64,000 nucleotides of DNA from Candidatus Methanomethylicia archaeon (lineage in GTDB: Archaea; Thermoproteota; Methanomethylicia; Culexarchaeales; Culexarchaeaceae), in assembly GCA_038727515.1 (NCBI GenBank), contig JAVYVS010000001.1, forward strand, positions 614,961 to 678,960, given 5' to 3'. A program made the position numbers and the translations under genes. Shown one piece after another: positions 30,808 to 40,734 of this stretch (positions are counted from its first letter, which is position 1; every line of letters begins with the position of its first letter). The notes under the pieces were generated by a model. It was given only the letters and a program-made list of their open reading frames with translations, did not search any database and was not told where the DNA came from.

Positions 30808-31164
30808 TTAATCTAGTTTTAGAAATGGGGGCTTACTCTTTAATCTAATAATTGGAATAGCAATCCAGCCAGGTTGAATACCATTAGAAACTCTAATAAT
30901 CTCTCCACTCTCCTCACTTCTAACCAAAAAGTATTTACCACATATAGATGTCTTACTCTCATAGTAATAGAATACTGGAATACCATACCACTTATAGTAA
31001 TCCCTGTATATAGCTATAATACCCACATAACATGATCCATTATGATCAAAACATAATGCATATACAGGTTGACCTAAACCTGCAGCAGAAGCCATAAATC
31101 TAGCTAGATCATCTAAACTTTCAACTTGTAATGGTATTGGAGGTAAAACTTCCTCTGAAGCCAT
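30808..31164 (-). CDS. Conserved hypothetical protein
   Basis: VESLDDLAR, YYKWYGIPVFYY, IPIIRLK; resembles small TACK-specific proteins (from memory). Confidence 0.75.
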   Translation of the reverse strand: MASEEVLPPIPLQVESLDDLARFMASAAGLGQPVYALCFDHNGSCYVGIIAIYRDYYKWYGIPVFYYYESKTSICGKYFLVRSEESGEIIRVSNGIQPGWIAIPIIRLKSKPPFLKLD

Positions 31165-31198
31165 AGAGACACCAAATAAATAAGAAAAAGAGTGGTAT

Positions 31199-32374
31199 TT
31201 AATGTTTCCCCATTTTATCAGAAATAAACTTTCTAATTAAATTGACACCTAACTTTATCTCATCCATTGAAGTGGCATAAGATATTCTAATATGATTCTC
31301 TCCGCCAGAACCAAAAGCATTTCCGGGAATTGTTACAACACCATAATCTAAGAGTTGATTTGAAATACTTATGGAATCTAGGTTAAGTATTGAGAAATCA
31401 GGGAAAACATAGAAGGCACCTTTTGGATTTGGACAGCGAATACCTTCAATGGAATTCAATTCTTTAACTAAGAATTTTCTACGAGCATCATACTCTCTAA
31501 CCATACTTTCAACACAACTTTGATCTCCAAGAAGTGCTGCCACACCTGCATATTGAACAAAAGATGAAGGGCAGGTGGTAGTATTTTGCTGTATCTTATC
31601 AATACCATCAATAATGTCTTTATTGGCTATTACAAATCCAAGTCGCCAACCAGTCATAGCATAAGTTTTTGAAAAACCATCAATAACAATTAGTCTATCC
31701 CTTAATTTATCAAAACTTAACATAGTATATGGTTTAACATCATCATAAACAAGCATACGATAAATCTCATCTGAAATGACATATAGATCATGGTCTATAG
31801 CAATATCTGAGATAACCTTTAATTCATCAATAGTTAATACGCCTCCAGTTGGATTGCTTGGGGAACAAAAGATTATAGCCTTACTTCTACTAGTTATAGC
31901 ATTCTTTAGAAATTCTTCATTAAGTTTAAAGGAGTCACCACAATTAACTTCTACAACTCTACCTCCAGCTGATTCAACACATTGCCAATATGTAGGCCAT
32001 GCTGGAGTCAATAATATAGCTTCATCATCGACATCAATAATACATTGTAATGCAGCGTATAATGCAAATTTAGATCCAGGAGTCACTATAACCTCATTAT
32101 TTGGATTAATATCAACACCAAAATACTTCTTATAATAAGTTGAAATAGCTTGTCTCAATTCAATTATACCCTTAGAAGAAGTATAATGTGTAAACCCTTT
32201 ATCCAAAGCTTCTATACAAGCATTCTTAATGTGGGTTGGAGTATCAAAATTAGGTTCACCAATACTTAAATCCACAAGTCTCTTACCCTGAGATTTAAGT
32301 TTTCTAGCTTTTTCACTAACACTTATAGTGGGGGATGGCTTAATGGATAGAATCCTTGAAGCCAATTTCTTCAA
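31199..32374 (-). CDS. PLP-dependent aminotransferase class I/II (aspartate aminotransferase-like)
   Basis: GEPNFDTP, PSNPTG, SDEIY, GFSKTYAMTGWRLG, GAFY, IRISYA. Confidence 0.95.
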   Translation of the reverse strand: MKKLASRILSIKPSPTISVSEKARKLKSQGKRLVDLSIGEPNFDTPTHIKNACIEALDKGFTHYTSSKGIIELRQAISTYYKKYFGVDINPNNEVIVTPGSKFALYAALQCIIDVDDEAILLTPAWPTYWQCVESAGGRVVEVNCGDSFKLNEEFLKNAITSRSKAIIFCSPSNPTGGVLTIDELKVISDIAIDHDLYVISDEIYRMLVYDDVKPYTMLSFDKLRDRLIVIDGFSKTYAMTGWRLGFVIANKDIIDGIDKIQQNTTTCPSSFVQYAGVAALLGDQSCVESMVREYDARRKFLVKELNSIEGIRCPNPKGAFYVFPDFSILNLDSISISNQLLDYGVVTIPGNAFGSGGENHIRISYATSMDEIKLGVNLIRKFISDKMGKH

Positions 32375-32460
32375 ATACCATCACTAACTATTTTCTAATA
32401 TCAAATTATTATTAAATATTTCCAAGAATAACTTTAAAAAATATGATTTATTATTATAAT

Positions 32461-32742
32461 TTATTTCCTCGTCAAAGTTATTTCTATTGCTGATACAGTT
32501 CTCGCTTGATCGCCTTCTCCAACACGCTCAGAACCTATTGAAATATTTTTAACATCCACTTGTCCACTGAGAAATCTAGTTTTAACTATTTGCGCCACAT
32601 CAACAGCTTTACTTATAGCTTTGCCACGAGCCTTTATGACGACTTCATCTGCACCTTGATTAAATTGAACTAGAGCTGCTAAAACATAGTTCATAACGGT
32701 TTTCTTACCCACTAAAATAACATTACTCTGTCGAGAAGCCAT
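32461..32742 (-). CDS. albA: DNA/RNA-binding chromatin protein Alba
   Basis: VGKK.VMNYVLA, IKARGKAISKAVDVA, VSAIEI. Confidence 0.97.
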   Translation of the reverse strand: MASRQSNVILVGKKTVMNYVLAALVQFNQGADEVVIKARGKAISKAVDVAQIVKTRFLSGQVDVKNISIGSERVGEGDQARTVSAIEITLTRK

Positions 32743-32804
32743 AGAATCCCTCCAGAAATCCATTAGAAACTCTTTAAATAGAAGAGAAGAAGCTTATTTA
32801 AATT

Positions 32805-33107
32805 TTACTCAAAAATTGATTTCTCCATATCCCTAATAAATTTCCTAGCTTTCTCAAATAGCATAAATCCCTTATCTGTAACCCTATAATAAGTGGTTTC
32901 ACCCTCACTAAATTTTTCAATTAATCCTTCTCTAACCATCTTATATATAACTGCGTAAACGGTTATTGTAGAAGGATTAAAATGAAATTTTTCAGAAATA
33001 GCCTTCTTAACTGCATATCCATATAATGGTTTTGAACGTAAAACACTAATAACATAAAGCCATAAATTTTCTTTAGTTAATTTCCTAACAAGCCTTTCAA
33101 AAGCCAA
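32805..33107 (-). CDS. PadR family transcriptional regulator
   Basis: LTKENLWLYV, PLYGY, TVY.VIYKM..EGLI, YYRVTDKG; TTG start at 33107 after AGGTG. Confidence 0.88.
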   Translation of the reverse strand: MAFERLVRKLTKENLWLYVISVLRSKPLYGYAVKKAISEKFHFNPSTITVYAVIYKMVREGLIEKFSEGETTYYRVTDKGFMLFEKARKFIRDMEKSIFE

Positions 33108-33204
33108 AAAGACACCTAATGAACTTATAATATTTATAGATAAAAATATTTTATGCAAAACATTTTAGAATTTAAGAGTGTAAAAGATATTTGAAGGTGA
33201 AAAA

Positions 33205-33717
33205 TTGAGTGAAGAAGATAGGGAAAAATTAAAGGCTTTGATAAAGGAGAAGATAGACCAATTAAATAAGGAAATAGAAGTACTTAAAATGTGTCTAGAA
33301 ATCATAAGTGAAAAATCAGTAGCAACACAAAAGAAAGCAATGGAAACAACGATAGAAGCAAAAATTCCACCTCCACAACCACAAAAAATTGAAACCACCG
33401 AAAGAAAACTTTTATCAAGTATAAATGAGGGGAAAGAAAACATTGCAAACATATATGTTGAAAAAGAAAAAATAATAATAGTTCCCGGAAGAAATGTAGA
33501 AGTAGATATAAATTCAAGAGATTTTAAAGATTTCTTCATTAAAAAGGTTTTATTGGGGTTGAAGAAGGAGAAGGCAGCAGTAACATATGAAGTTAAAGAT
33601 TCAAATGGAATACTTAAGGAAGTTATAATTAGAAATGTATCTGAGGAGAAGGATATAAGAAGGATAGAGGGAGCAGTAAAATGGACTTTTAGTAGATTTC
33701 TAAAAACTAAGCCTTAA
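33205..33717 (+). CDS. Hypothetical protein (N-terminal coiled coil; paralogue of 48213-48800)
   Basis: Shared C-terminal motifs A.IY(V/I), F.I..VL, LKE(V/I)II.N(V/I), A.KW.F.R. Confidence 0.8.
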   Translation: MSEEDREKLKALIKEKIDQLNKEIEVLKMCLEIISEKSVATQKKAMETTIEAKIPPPQPQKIETTERKLLSSINEGKENIANIYVEKEKIIIVPGRNVEVDINSRDFKDFFIKKVLLGLKKEKAAVTYEVKDSNGILKEVIIRNVSEEKDIRRIEGAVKWTFSRFLKTKP

Positions 33718-34273
33718 ACCAATTGAGGGAAATATATGTAATACTATTATCATCTGGGTTTATCATAGCTATAATAAATTTCTTCTTAACACTATGAGAC
33801 AATCTACCAGCACGAACTATATGTATTGGATCGAGTTTCTCATTAACTGGCAAAACTTCAACTAGAAAAGGCGCATGATCAATTCCTGGACCATGTTTAT
33901 AAACAGCAAAATCAGCTCCAAATTTCATACCAGGCCTAACTACAAAGCCTTTATTCCTTAAATCACAATAAACTAGATATAATTCATTGAAAAGCTTATG
34001 TCTACTCTTAGCAATAGATAAAACTTCATCTCTACTTAAAACTCTACCACCATCAACAACTAAAATAACACCTTTATCCAATAAATATAAAGCTTCTATA
34101 GGTGATAAAACCAATGGAGAATTAAAATTTAGATCTTTAGGCTTCCTAGCTTTTATTGGCATACCATAAAATCCATTAGCATACAATTTCCTACTACAAT
34201 CAAAATCCCAAACTACAAAGTTTCCTCCAACCCATTCAACCATTATTGATTTATCCATATCAACCACAACCAA
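33707..34273 (-). CDS. endA: tRNA-splicing endonuclease, catalytic subunit
   Basis: LSPIEALYL, VY.DLR.KG, GMKFGADFAVY.HGPG.DHA, RLSHSVKK (catalytic Y/H/K). Confidence 0.95.
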   Translation of the reverse strand: MVVVDMDKSIMVEWVGGNFVVWDFDCSRKLYANGFYGMPIKARKPKDLNFNSPLVLSPIEALYLLDKGVILVVDGGRVLSRDEVLSIAKSRHKLFNELYLVYCDLRNKGFVVRPGMKFGADFAVYKHGPGIDHAPFLVEVLPVNEKLDPIHIVRAGRLSHSVKKKFIIAMINPDDNSITYISLNWFKA

Positions 34274-34334
34274 TATTTACCCCTCAACACATTTTAACAT
34301 TAATTAAGGTAAAAATATTATGTGAGGCATTGAA

Positions 34335-35402
34335 ATGTCATACAAGATAAAGATACGGAAAAGTACAATTATAATTGCAGCATCTTATGGGGTAGGATTA
34401 GCAATAATATTTATGTTAATCAATTATATTGGATTGAATAAAGTTTTTGAAAATATAATGAGTAGAATGGTTTACCAATTATTCATAGCAACATTCATAC
34501 TTGACATTGCTGGATTGTTAATATACGCATTAATATGGTATTTACTTTTAATTGGAGTAGGATCAAAAGTGAAATTCATGACTTCAATAACATCAACTTG
34601 GGCTAGCATATTTATAATGTATCTAAGTCCCACAGGTGTAGTACTGGAATTATTGAAACTCGTCTTAACTAATAAGGAGGGGAAAGTACCCATTGGGAGG
34701 GGGATTGCAGCATTAACAATGCAAAGAATAATATATTCCATTAGTTTCATATCCATAGCAATATCAAGCTACATAGTGGTTCAATATAGATATATGGTTA
34801 TAGGGGAAGCCATTGGTAGAATAATAGCGGCTTTAATAATAATAGCCTTAATCACAGCAATAGCCTTAATAATTGTAGGGAGAAGAACGGAGAAATTAGA
34901 AATGATAATATTTAGGATATATGAAAAATATCAAAATAGAATTGAGAAAATGATATCAAAATACAATCCAACGGAAGTAATAAACTCAATATCATCAACA
35001 ATAAATGAATTTAAAAATTCATTTAAGTCATTATGCTCTAAGAAGACTATACTTATAACAACCTTTATATTAACAACGATAAATTGGATGTTAAATGTAA
35101 TGATATTATACGTTGTTCTACTATCACTTGGATATAAAGTTTCAATATGGATCTTAATGTTAATAATGGTATTATGTGAATTCGTACAAATGACCCCAAT
35201 AATTATACCTGGAATGCTTGGAATAATAGAAACAGTAATGACAGCAACATTACAAATCTTTGGAATACCACTAGAAATATCAGGTACAGCTTCAATACTA
35301 ACTAGATTGGCAACCTTCTGGTTCGATATACCAATAACAGCTATTGCAGCATCATATTATGGAATAAAATACCTATTAAAAGGAGTAATTAAAGAAGATT
35401 AA
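34335..35402 (+). CDS. Flippase-like / lysylphosphatidylglycerol synthase TM domain protein (UPF0104)
   Basis: Multi-TM; P..PG.LG..E and RL.TFW motifs. Confidence 0.85.
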   Translation: MSYKIKIRKSTIIIAASYGVGLAIIFMLINYIGLNKVFENIMSRMVYQLFIATFILDIAGLLIYALIWYLLLIGVGSKVKFMTSITSTWASIFIMYLSPTGVVLELLKLVLTNKEGKVPIGRGIAALTMQRIIYSISFISIAISSYIVVQYRYMVIGEAIGRIIAALIIIALITAIALIIVGRRTEKLEMIIFRIYEKYQNRIEKMISKYNPTEVINSISSTINEFKNSFKSLCSKKTILITTFILTTINWMLNVMILYVVLLSLGYKVSIWILMLIMVLCEFVQMTPIIIPGMLGIIETVMTATLQIFGIPLEISGTASILTRLATFWFDIPITAIAASYYGIKYLLKGVIKED

Positions 35403-35406
35403 CTTT

Positions 35407-37008
35407 TTAACTAGAATCCAATACAATACCACTTAAAGCTCTATCTGAAACAACCCTTACAATCTTAACTTTAGCAATTTTACCCACAAATTTTGAAGCA
35501 ACCTTTGAATTTTCAATAAATATTACAGGTCCATGAATAAATGGATATCCAATAAAACCTTTACCTCTAAGAGAATTAACTATATATGCATCTAAAACAG
35601 CTCCAATCCATTTATCCTTCAATTTAGAATTTATTCTTGAAGCTTTATCAACAATTATCTTACCAACAGCATCAACATGACTTGGGGGAGCTTTAGGAAA
35701 ATCTGAGAAAGCAGACATCGGAAGTGGAGAAAACCTATATACAGTTATCTTTTCAGCTCCAGCTTTAACAGCTTCATCCATAACCTTTGAAGTTTCAATA
35801 GCAATATTAACGTCTTGATTTGGTAGTCCATGAATAAAGTATGCATATGGAATTAAACCATACTTCCTTAAGAGTCTAATAGCTTTAATAGCTTGACTAG
35901 GAGTTGAAGGTCTACCAAGGGATATGGCATAAGAATCTACTCCAGTTTCAACACCAATACTAGTTGGAGTACCACGTAAATATCTACCTAAAACTTTTGC
36001 TACTTCTTCATCTACAAGTGAAGGTTTAACATTTTCTATGGAGAAGAAAATTTTTAAGCTAAATTCACTCTCTAAGCTTTTAATACTTCCAAGAAGCTTC
36101 TCAATTTCATTAAGATTTGGTGGAGGATTTAATGGGTCTGTTAAAGGTTCAGGTTCCACTAGAATATCTCTCCCATAATCTAAGAAATCTGAAGCTCCCA
36201 AGATAAATCGTCTACAACCCATTTCAATTAAACCTTTAATTTCATTTACAATAGATTCTACAGATCTACTCCTAGATGGGCCGAAAAGGCTTGGAACAGA
36301 ACAATATCCACAACCAGGTGGAATATTCATTGGGCAATAGTATCTATCGCTTAAAGAACTACTATAACATTTTCCACAATCATTACATTTACGTCCATCT
36401 GGAAGCATAATTTTAGTTCTAAGAAAATTACTACAACCTCTAACAACTTCAACATAAATTCTACAAGCATAATAACTCCAATAATTCCTAACAACTTTAA
36501 CAGATGGTTTAAATGAATCAAGTTCAAATCTAGACATAAACGGTCTAAGATCATTAACCTTCACATTGGAATCTATACGATAAGCTAACCCCTTAACATC
36601 TTTGATAGATTCTATATCTTCAAAATCAAATTTATTGAAAAATTCTACAAGAGATTTTTCAGCTTCACCAATAAATGCAATATCAAAACCAGCTTTAACT
36701 AAAGCTTCATAAGGATCAGAAGTCAATGGACCTCCAATAATACTCAATCCACCATTAAACTTATCCCATAACCTCTTAATCCTACGAGCCATGGGAAGAT
36801 CAACACTCATAGCACTAACCATTAATACATCAAAATCTTTAAAGATAGAAGTATTTGAAAGAACACTATAATATGGTTTTAAATCATAATCAAAACCAAG
36901 TTTCTCCAAGACTCCAGCAATAGTTCTCGGCCCACAACCAATAACATCTAACGTCGCATATCTACCAACACTCCCAGAACCAAGAACATCAACAATTAAA
37001 ATTTTCAT
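35407..37008 (-). CDS. B12-binding domain radical SAM protein with C-terminal TRAM-like domain
   Basis: IIGGP, GEAE, EVVRGC...GCGYC, SRS, IGVETG, YFIHGLP; C-terminal VGKIAKVKI..V....L.G. Confidence 0.88.
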   Translation of the reverse strand: MKILIVDVLGSGSVGRYATLDVIGCGPRTIAGVLEKLGFDYDLKPYYSVLSNTSIFKDFDVLMVSAMSVDLPMARRIKRLWDKFNGGLSIIGGPLTSDPYEALVKAGFDIAFIGEAEKSLVEFFNKFDFEDIESIKDVKGLAYRIDSNVKVNDLRPFMSRFELDSFKPSVKVVRNYWSYYACRIYVEVVRGCSNFLRTKIMLPDGRKCNDCGKCYSSSLSDRYYCPMNIPPGCGYCSVPSLFGPSRSRSVESIVNEIKGLIEMGCRRFILGASDFLDYGRDILVEPEPLTDPLNPPPNLNEIEKLLGSIKSLESEFSLKIFFSIENVKPSLVDEEVAKVLGRYLRGTPTSIGVETGVDSYAISLGRPSTPSQAIKAIRLLRKYGLIPYAYFIHGLPNQDVNIAIETSKVMDEAVKAGAEKITVYRFSPLPMSAFSDFPKAPPSHVDAVGKIIVDKASRINSKLKDKWIGAVLDAYIVNSLRGKGFIGYPFIHGPVIFIENSKVASKFVGKIAKVKIVRVVSDRALSGIVLDSS

Positions 37009-37019
37009 GTTTTAAAATT

Positions 37020-37298
37020 TCACCTTATGGGACGCCTAATTGTAGCTATAGAATTATCGGCAATACCTAAAGAAGCCATTTGAGCAGGATTAGCCCAAAC
37101 CTCCCTTTCAGGTACATTATCATCAACTAAAACCGTCAATATACATTTACGTTTACCAGCAATTACAACCTCGATTTTATCAGATATCTGGAGTTGTTTA
37201 ACCATTGCACTATTCATTTTAGCCATACCATTTTCAACACCATCAACACGTCTAATCCTCAACCTCTTTTCAGGAACACCTGACAATAATTTCACCAA
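37020..37298 (-). CDS. Small hypothetical protein, possible CDC48-N/double-psi barrel-like fold
   Basis: Two repeats of ..M..L.I.D..(V/I) preceded by beta strands. Confidence 0.7.
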   Translation of the reverse strand: MVKLLSGVPEKRLRIRRVDGVENGMAKMNSAMVKQLQISDKIEVVIAGKRKCILTVLVDDNVPEREVWANPAQMASLGIADNSIATIRRPIR

Positions 37299-37338
37299 AT
37301 AATAGTGGATAACAGGATTATTATAAATATTAATTCAA

Positions 37339-39069
37339 TTATTTAAAGGGTATTCCAAGTTCATCAAAAGATAACTTGTATTTAAAGTATCCATGAAGTT
37401 TATATGGTAATTCATCAACGCTAACTCTAACTTGCCTCCATGAATCTCTATCCCTCAAAGTTACTGTATTATCATTGAGAGATTGATAATCAATAGTTAT
37501 AGCTATTGGAACACCAATTTCATCAGCTCTAGCATACCTTCTACCAATAGATCCAGATTCATCATAATCTACATCAAATCCTTCATCCAAAAGTAATTGA
37601 TAAACTTTTAAAGCATATTCTGGTAAACCATCTTTAGAAACTAATGGTAAAACAACAACTTGTATTGGTGAAATATCCCTAGGTAGTGAAAGTATACTTC
37701 TACCCTCCTTTTCACCATAAGAATACTCTAAAACTGCATAAACAATTCTATCAGCACCAAAAGATGGTTCAACAACATGTGGTATTATATGTTTACCTTT
37801 AACTTCAACAATTTCACTACTAATAATGAAATCATCTCTTTCAAGTCTAAAACCTTCAACTTCCACATACCCCTTAGACTTAAACTCCTCCTCCAAGGAA
37901 GAATAATTGATAGAATTGAGAATACGCTTAACATTAGATCCAAACTTAGAATTTAGAGAATCCATATTTGGTATATATTTAACCCTTTTCTCAATTATCG
38001 GTTTATCAAATTGCTTATAAACTCTTAAATCCACACCACTAAAAGCCATATGTCTACTAAGGTCATAATCAGTCCTATAAGAATACCCTGCAATTTCAAC
38101 ATATCCCCATCTCTCCAATTTAACAACTTGATCAAAAGTTTGAACGGAATAATGAGCTCTCTCCATGGGTGGTTTATCTATAAACATTTGAGAATTAAAG
38201 GGTATGCCAAGTGATTCAGCAAATTTTCTACCTAAAACCATGAAGTAAGCTTGCCATTCATTCAATATTATCCCTTTATCTAAAGCTTCACTAACAGATA
38301 TAGTTATAGGATCAAAAGTTTTTGAAGAAGCTTGAGATTGAGGAACAATTCTCAAAAGTTCATTTTTAACATCATCTATAAATCTACATTTAGAATCTTC
38401 AGGATCAAAGAATAATTCTACCTCCATTATAGTGAACTCTCTAAGCCTTATTGGACCTTGTCTAGGTGAAATCTCATTCCTCAAAACACGTCCAATTTGA
38501 GCTATACCAATAGGCAATTTACCTCTACAAGCATCATAAACACGTTTAAACGCTAAAAACATTCCTTGAGCAGCTTCAGGTCTACCATAACCAACATCTT
38601 CACTATACGGTCCAATAACAGTTTTAAACAATAAACTAAACTTTCTAACATCACTAAGAGCGCCTCCACATTCAGGACATTTCAATCCCTTTTCATGAAT
38701 AATATTATTCAAATCATCTTGAGAGAGAGATTCCAATCCACTCATACCAGTTAACTGTTCAATGAGGTGATCAGCCCTATATTTCCTACCACAAGATAAA
38801 CATTCCACAAGGAAATCAGTAAAATGCTCTAAATGGCCAGATGCTTCCAAAACCTTACTTGGAAGTATAATGGGGGTCTCAATTTCAAAAATGAAATCTC
38901 TATGTCTATGAATAAAGAATTGCCTCCATTTATTTTCAATCTTATGTTTTAGCAATGTTCCAAGAGGGCCGAAATCAATAAATCCTCTAACACCACCATA
39001 AATCTCCATAGAAGGCCATAGAAAACCTCTTCTCCTTGCAAATTCCATTAAACGCTCAAATCTATCCAT
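37339..39069 (-). CDS. glyS: Glycine--tRNA ligase (alpha2 type)
   Basis: RRGFLWPS.EIYGG, SGH..F.D, RPEAAQG, RNEISPRQG.IRLREF, VVEPSFG.DR, SIGRRYARADEIG; start at ATG 39069. Confidence 0.97.
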   Translation of the reverse strand: MDRFERLMEFARRRGFLWPSMEIYGGVRGFIDFGPLGTLLKHKIENKWRQFFIHRHRDFIFEIETPIILPSKVLEASGHLEHFTDFLVECLSCGRKYRADHLIEQLTGMSGLESLSQDDLNNIIHEKGLKCPECGGALSDVRKFSLLFKTVIGPYSEDVGYGRPEAAQGMFLAFKRVYDACRGKLPIGIAQIGRVLRNEISPRQGPIRLREFTIMEVELFFDPEDSKCRFIDDVKNELLRIVPQSQASSKTFDPITISVSEALDKGIILNEWQAYFMVLGRKFAESLGIPFNSQMFIDKPPMERAHYSVQTFDQVVKLERWGYVEIAGYSYRTDYDLSRHMAFSGVDLRVYKQFDKPIIEKRVKYIPNMDSLNSKFGSNVKRILNSINYSSLEEEFKSKGYVEVEGFRLERDDFIISSEIVEVKGKHIIPHVVEPSFGADRIVYAVLEYSYGEKEGRSILSLPRDISPIQVVVLPLVSKDGLPEYALKVYQLLLDEGFDVDYDESGSIGRRYARADEIGVPIAITIDYQSLNDNTVTLRDRDSWRQVRVSVDELPYKLHGYFKYKLSFDELGIPFK

Positions 39070-39163
39070 AGTAACACCAACATAAACTAAAAGGATAAAC
39101 AAATACATTAAAATATTTCTAGAGGCAAATGATTTAAAACGTCTAGGGGGATTGATGTTTGAA

Positions 39164-40063
39164 ATGAGCAAGTTAAAATTTCATTTAACTGATGAAAATA
39201 AATACTTTAATGGTAGACAATTCAGCATTGAAGAAGCTGAATTCATACTATTTGGAGCGCCATTTGATGCAACATCAACATATAGAACAGGCTCAAGATA
39301 TGCGCCTCAAGCCATAAGGTGTGCATCAATAAACATAGAGACATATAGCTTTAGAACATTAATGGATGCGTTAGACTTAAAGATACATGATGCTGGAGAT
39401 CTACCACAAACCTCAAACACGGAGGAAATTATAGAGAGAATAAGTGAAGTTATAAGTGAAATTGTAGAAGATGGGAAAATACCAATAATGATTGGTGGAG
39501 AACATACAATAACTTACGGAGCGGTAAAAGCATTGAAAAATATATCAACAATAATATTTGATGCACACATGGATTTAAGAGATGAATATCCAATGGGTGT
39601 AAAGATTGGTCATGCAACTGTTTCTAGAAGGATAGGTGAAGTTTTAGGGGTAGAGAAATTATTGATAATGGGTGTAAGAGCAACATGTAAAGAAGAAATA
39701 GAGTATGCAAAAAAGATTGGTTTAATCTTTAAAACATCGATGGAAATGATTGAAAAAGAAGTTTGTGAATACATTGGGAAAATTAGTAATGAGAGGTTGT
39801 GGATATCAATAGATATGGATGTATTAGATCCATCAATAGCTCCAGGCGTAGCAAACCCAGAGCCTGAAGGAATAAATTTATCGAAATTACTAGACACACT
39901 AGAAAAATTAGTTTCAAACAATAGGGTAATTGGTTTCGATATAGTGGAAGTTACACCAGCTTATGATAATGGAATAACATCAATAGTTGCATCAAAAATA
40001 ATATTTGAATTAGCATGTATGATAAAGAATTCATTAAGGAATAGTGAATACACTACAATCTAA
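39164..40063 (+). CDS. speB: Agmatinase
   Basis: PFD.TS.YR.GSR.AP, GGEHTIT, DAHMD, SIDMDVLDPS.APG...PE. Confidence 0.93.
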   Translation: MSKLKFHLTDENKYFNGRQFSIEEAEFILFGAPFDATSTYRTGSRYAPQAIRCASINIETYSFRTLMDALDLKIHDAGDLPQTSNTEEIIERISEVISEIVEDGKIPIMIGGEHTITYGAVKALKNISTIIFDAHMDLRDEYPMGVKIGHATVSRRIGEVLGVEKLLIMGVRATCKEEIEYAKKIGLIFKTSMEMIEKEVCEYIGKISNERLWISIDMDVLDPSIAPGVANPEPEGINLSKLLDTLEKLVSNNRVIGFDIVEVTPAYDNGITSIVASKIIFELACMIKNSLRNSEYTTI

Positions 40064-40196
40064 TACGTTTAACTATTGGAGATCTAACTTTATAGAAAAC
40101 TCTATATCCACACATTGGACAACGCATGCCTGGAACAGATTCAAAATCCTTCATATCATTAATTATGTGACCACATCTACCACAACGGTAAGGCAT
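40053..40196 (-). CDS. rpo12: DNA-directed RNA polymerase subunit Rpo12 (P); below ORF-track cutoff
   Basis: Manual translation MPYRCGRCGHIINDMKDFESVPGMRCPMCGYRVFYKVRSPIVKRIRL (47 aa), with the YxCxxCG...RCPxCGxRxxxK signature. Confidence 0.93.
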   Translation of the reverse strand: MPYRCGRCGHIINDMKDFESVPGMRCPMCGYRVFYKVRSPIVKRIRL

Positions 40197-40304
40197 AATT
40201 GTCAAAAGTGATAATTATAAACAAAGATATATATTTTGCCTAAAGTGAAAAGATAAATACTTATAAGGTAAATCAAACTTAATATTATTTGATAAGGAGG
40301 AATT

Positions 40305-40619
40305 ATGTCTAAGAGTCAGATATGCCCTGTATGTGGTTTACCGAAAGAATTATGCGTATGTCAATCAATAGCTAAAGAACAACAAGTAATAAAAGTTAAG
40401 CTTGAAACAAGAAAGTGGGGTAGAGAGGTAACAATAATAAATGGTATAAATGATAAAGAATTAGACTTATATCAAGTGGTAAGTGCATTAAAAAGTAGAC
40501 TTGCTTGTGGAGGAACAGTAAAAGAGGGTAGAATAGAATTGCAAGGTGATCATAGAAGTAGAGTGAAAGAAATACTTATAGAATTAGGATTTCCAGAGGA
40601 GAATATTGAAGTCGAATAA
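40305..40619 (+). CDS. Translation initiation factor aIF1/SUI1 (YciH-like)
   Basis: [32 protein letters not shown]. Confidence 0.95.
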   Translation: MSKSQICPVCGLPKELCVCQSIAKEQQVIKVKLETRKWGREVTIINGINDKELDLYQVVSALKSRLACGGTVKEGRIELQGDHRSRVKEILIELGFPEENIEVE

Positions 40620-40734
40620 ATAAAATACAATAATTGAAATCATAGAAATGAGATAGCGAACCCATAAACTTATTTTAAACTAGAAATAAAACTTAAATTA
40701 CACATTTTAAAATCAATTTAATGATTATTATAAG

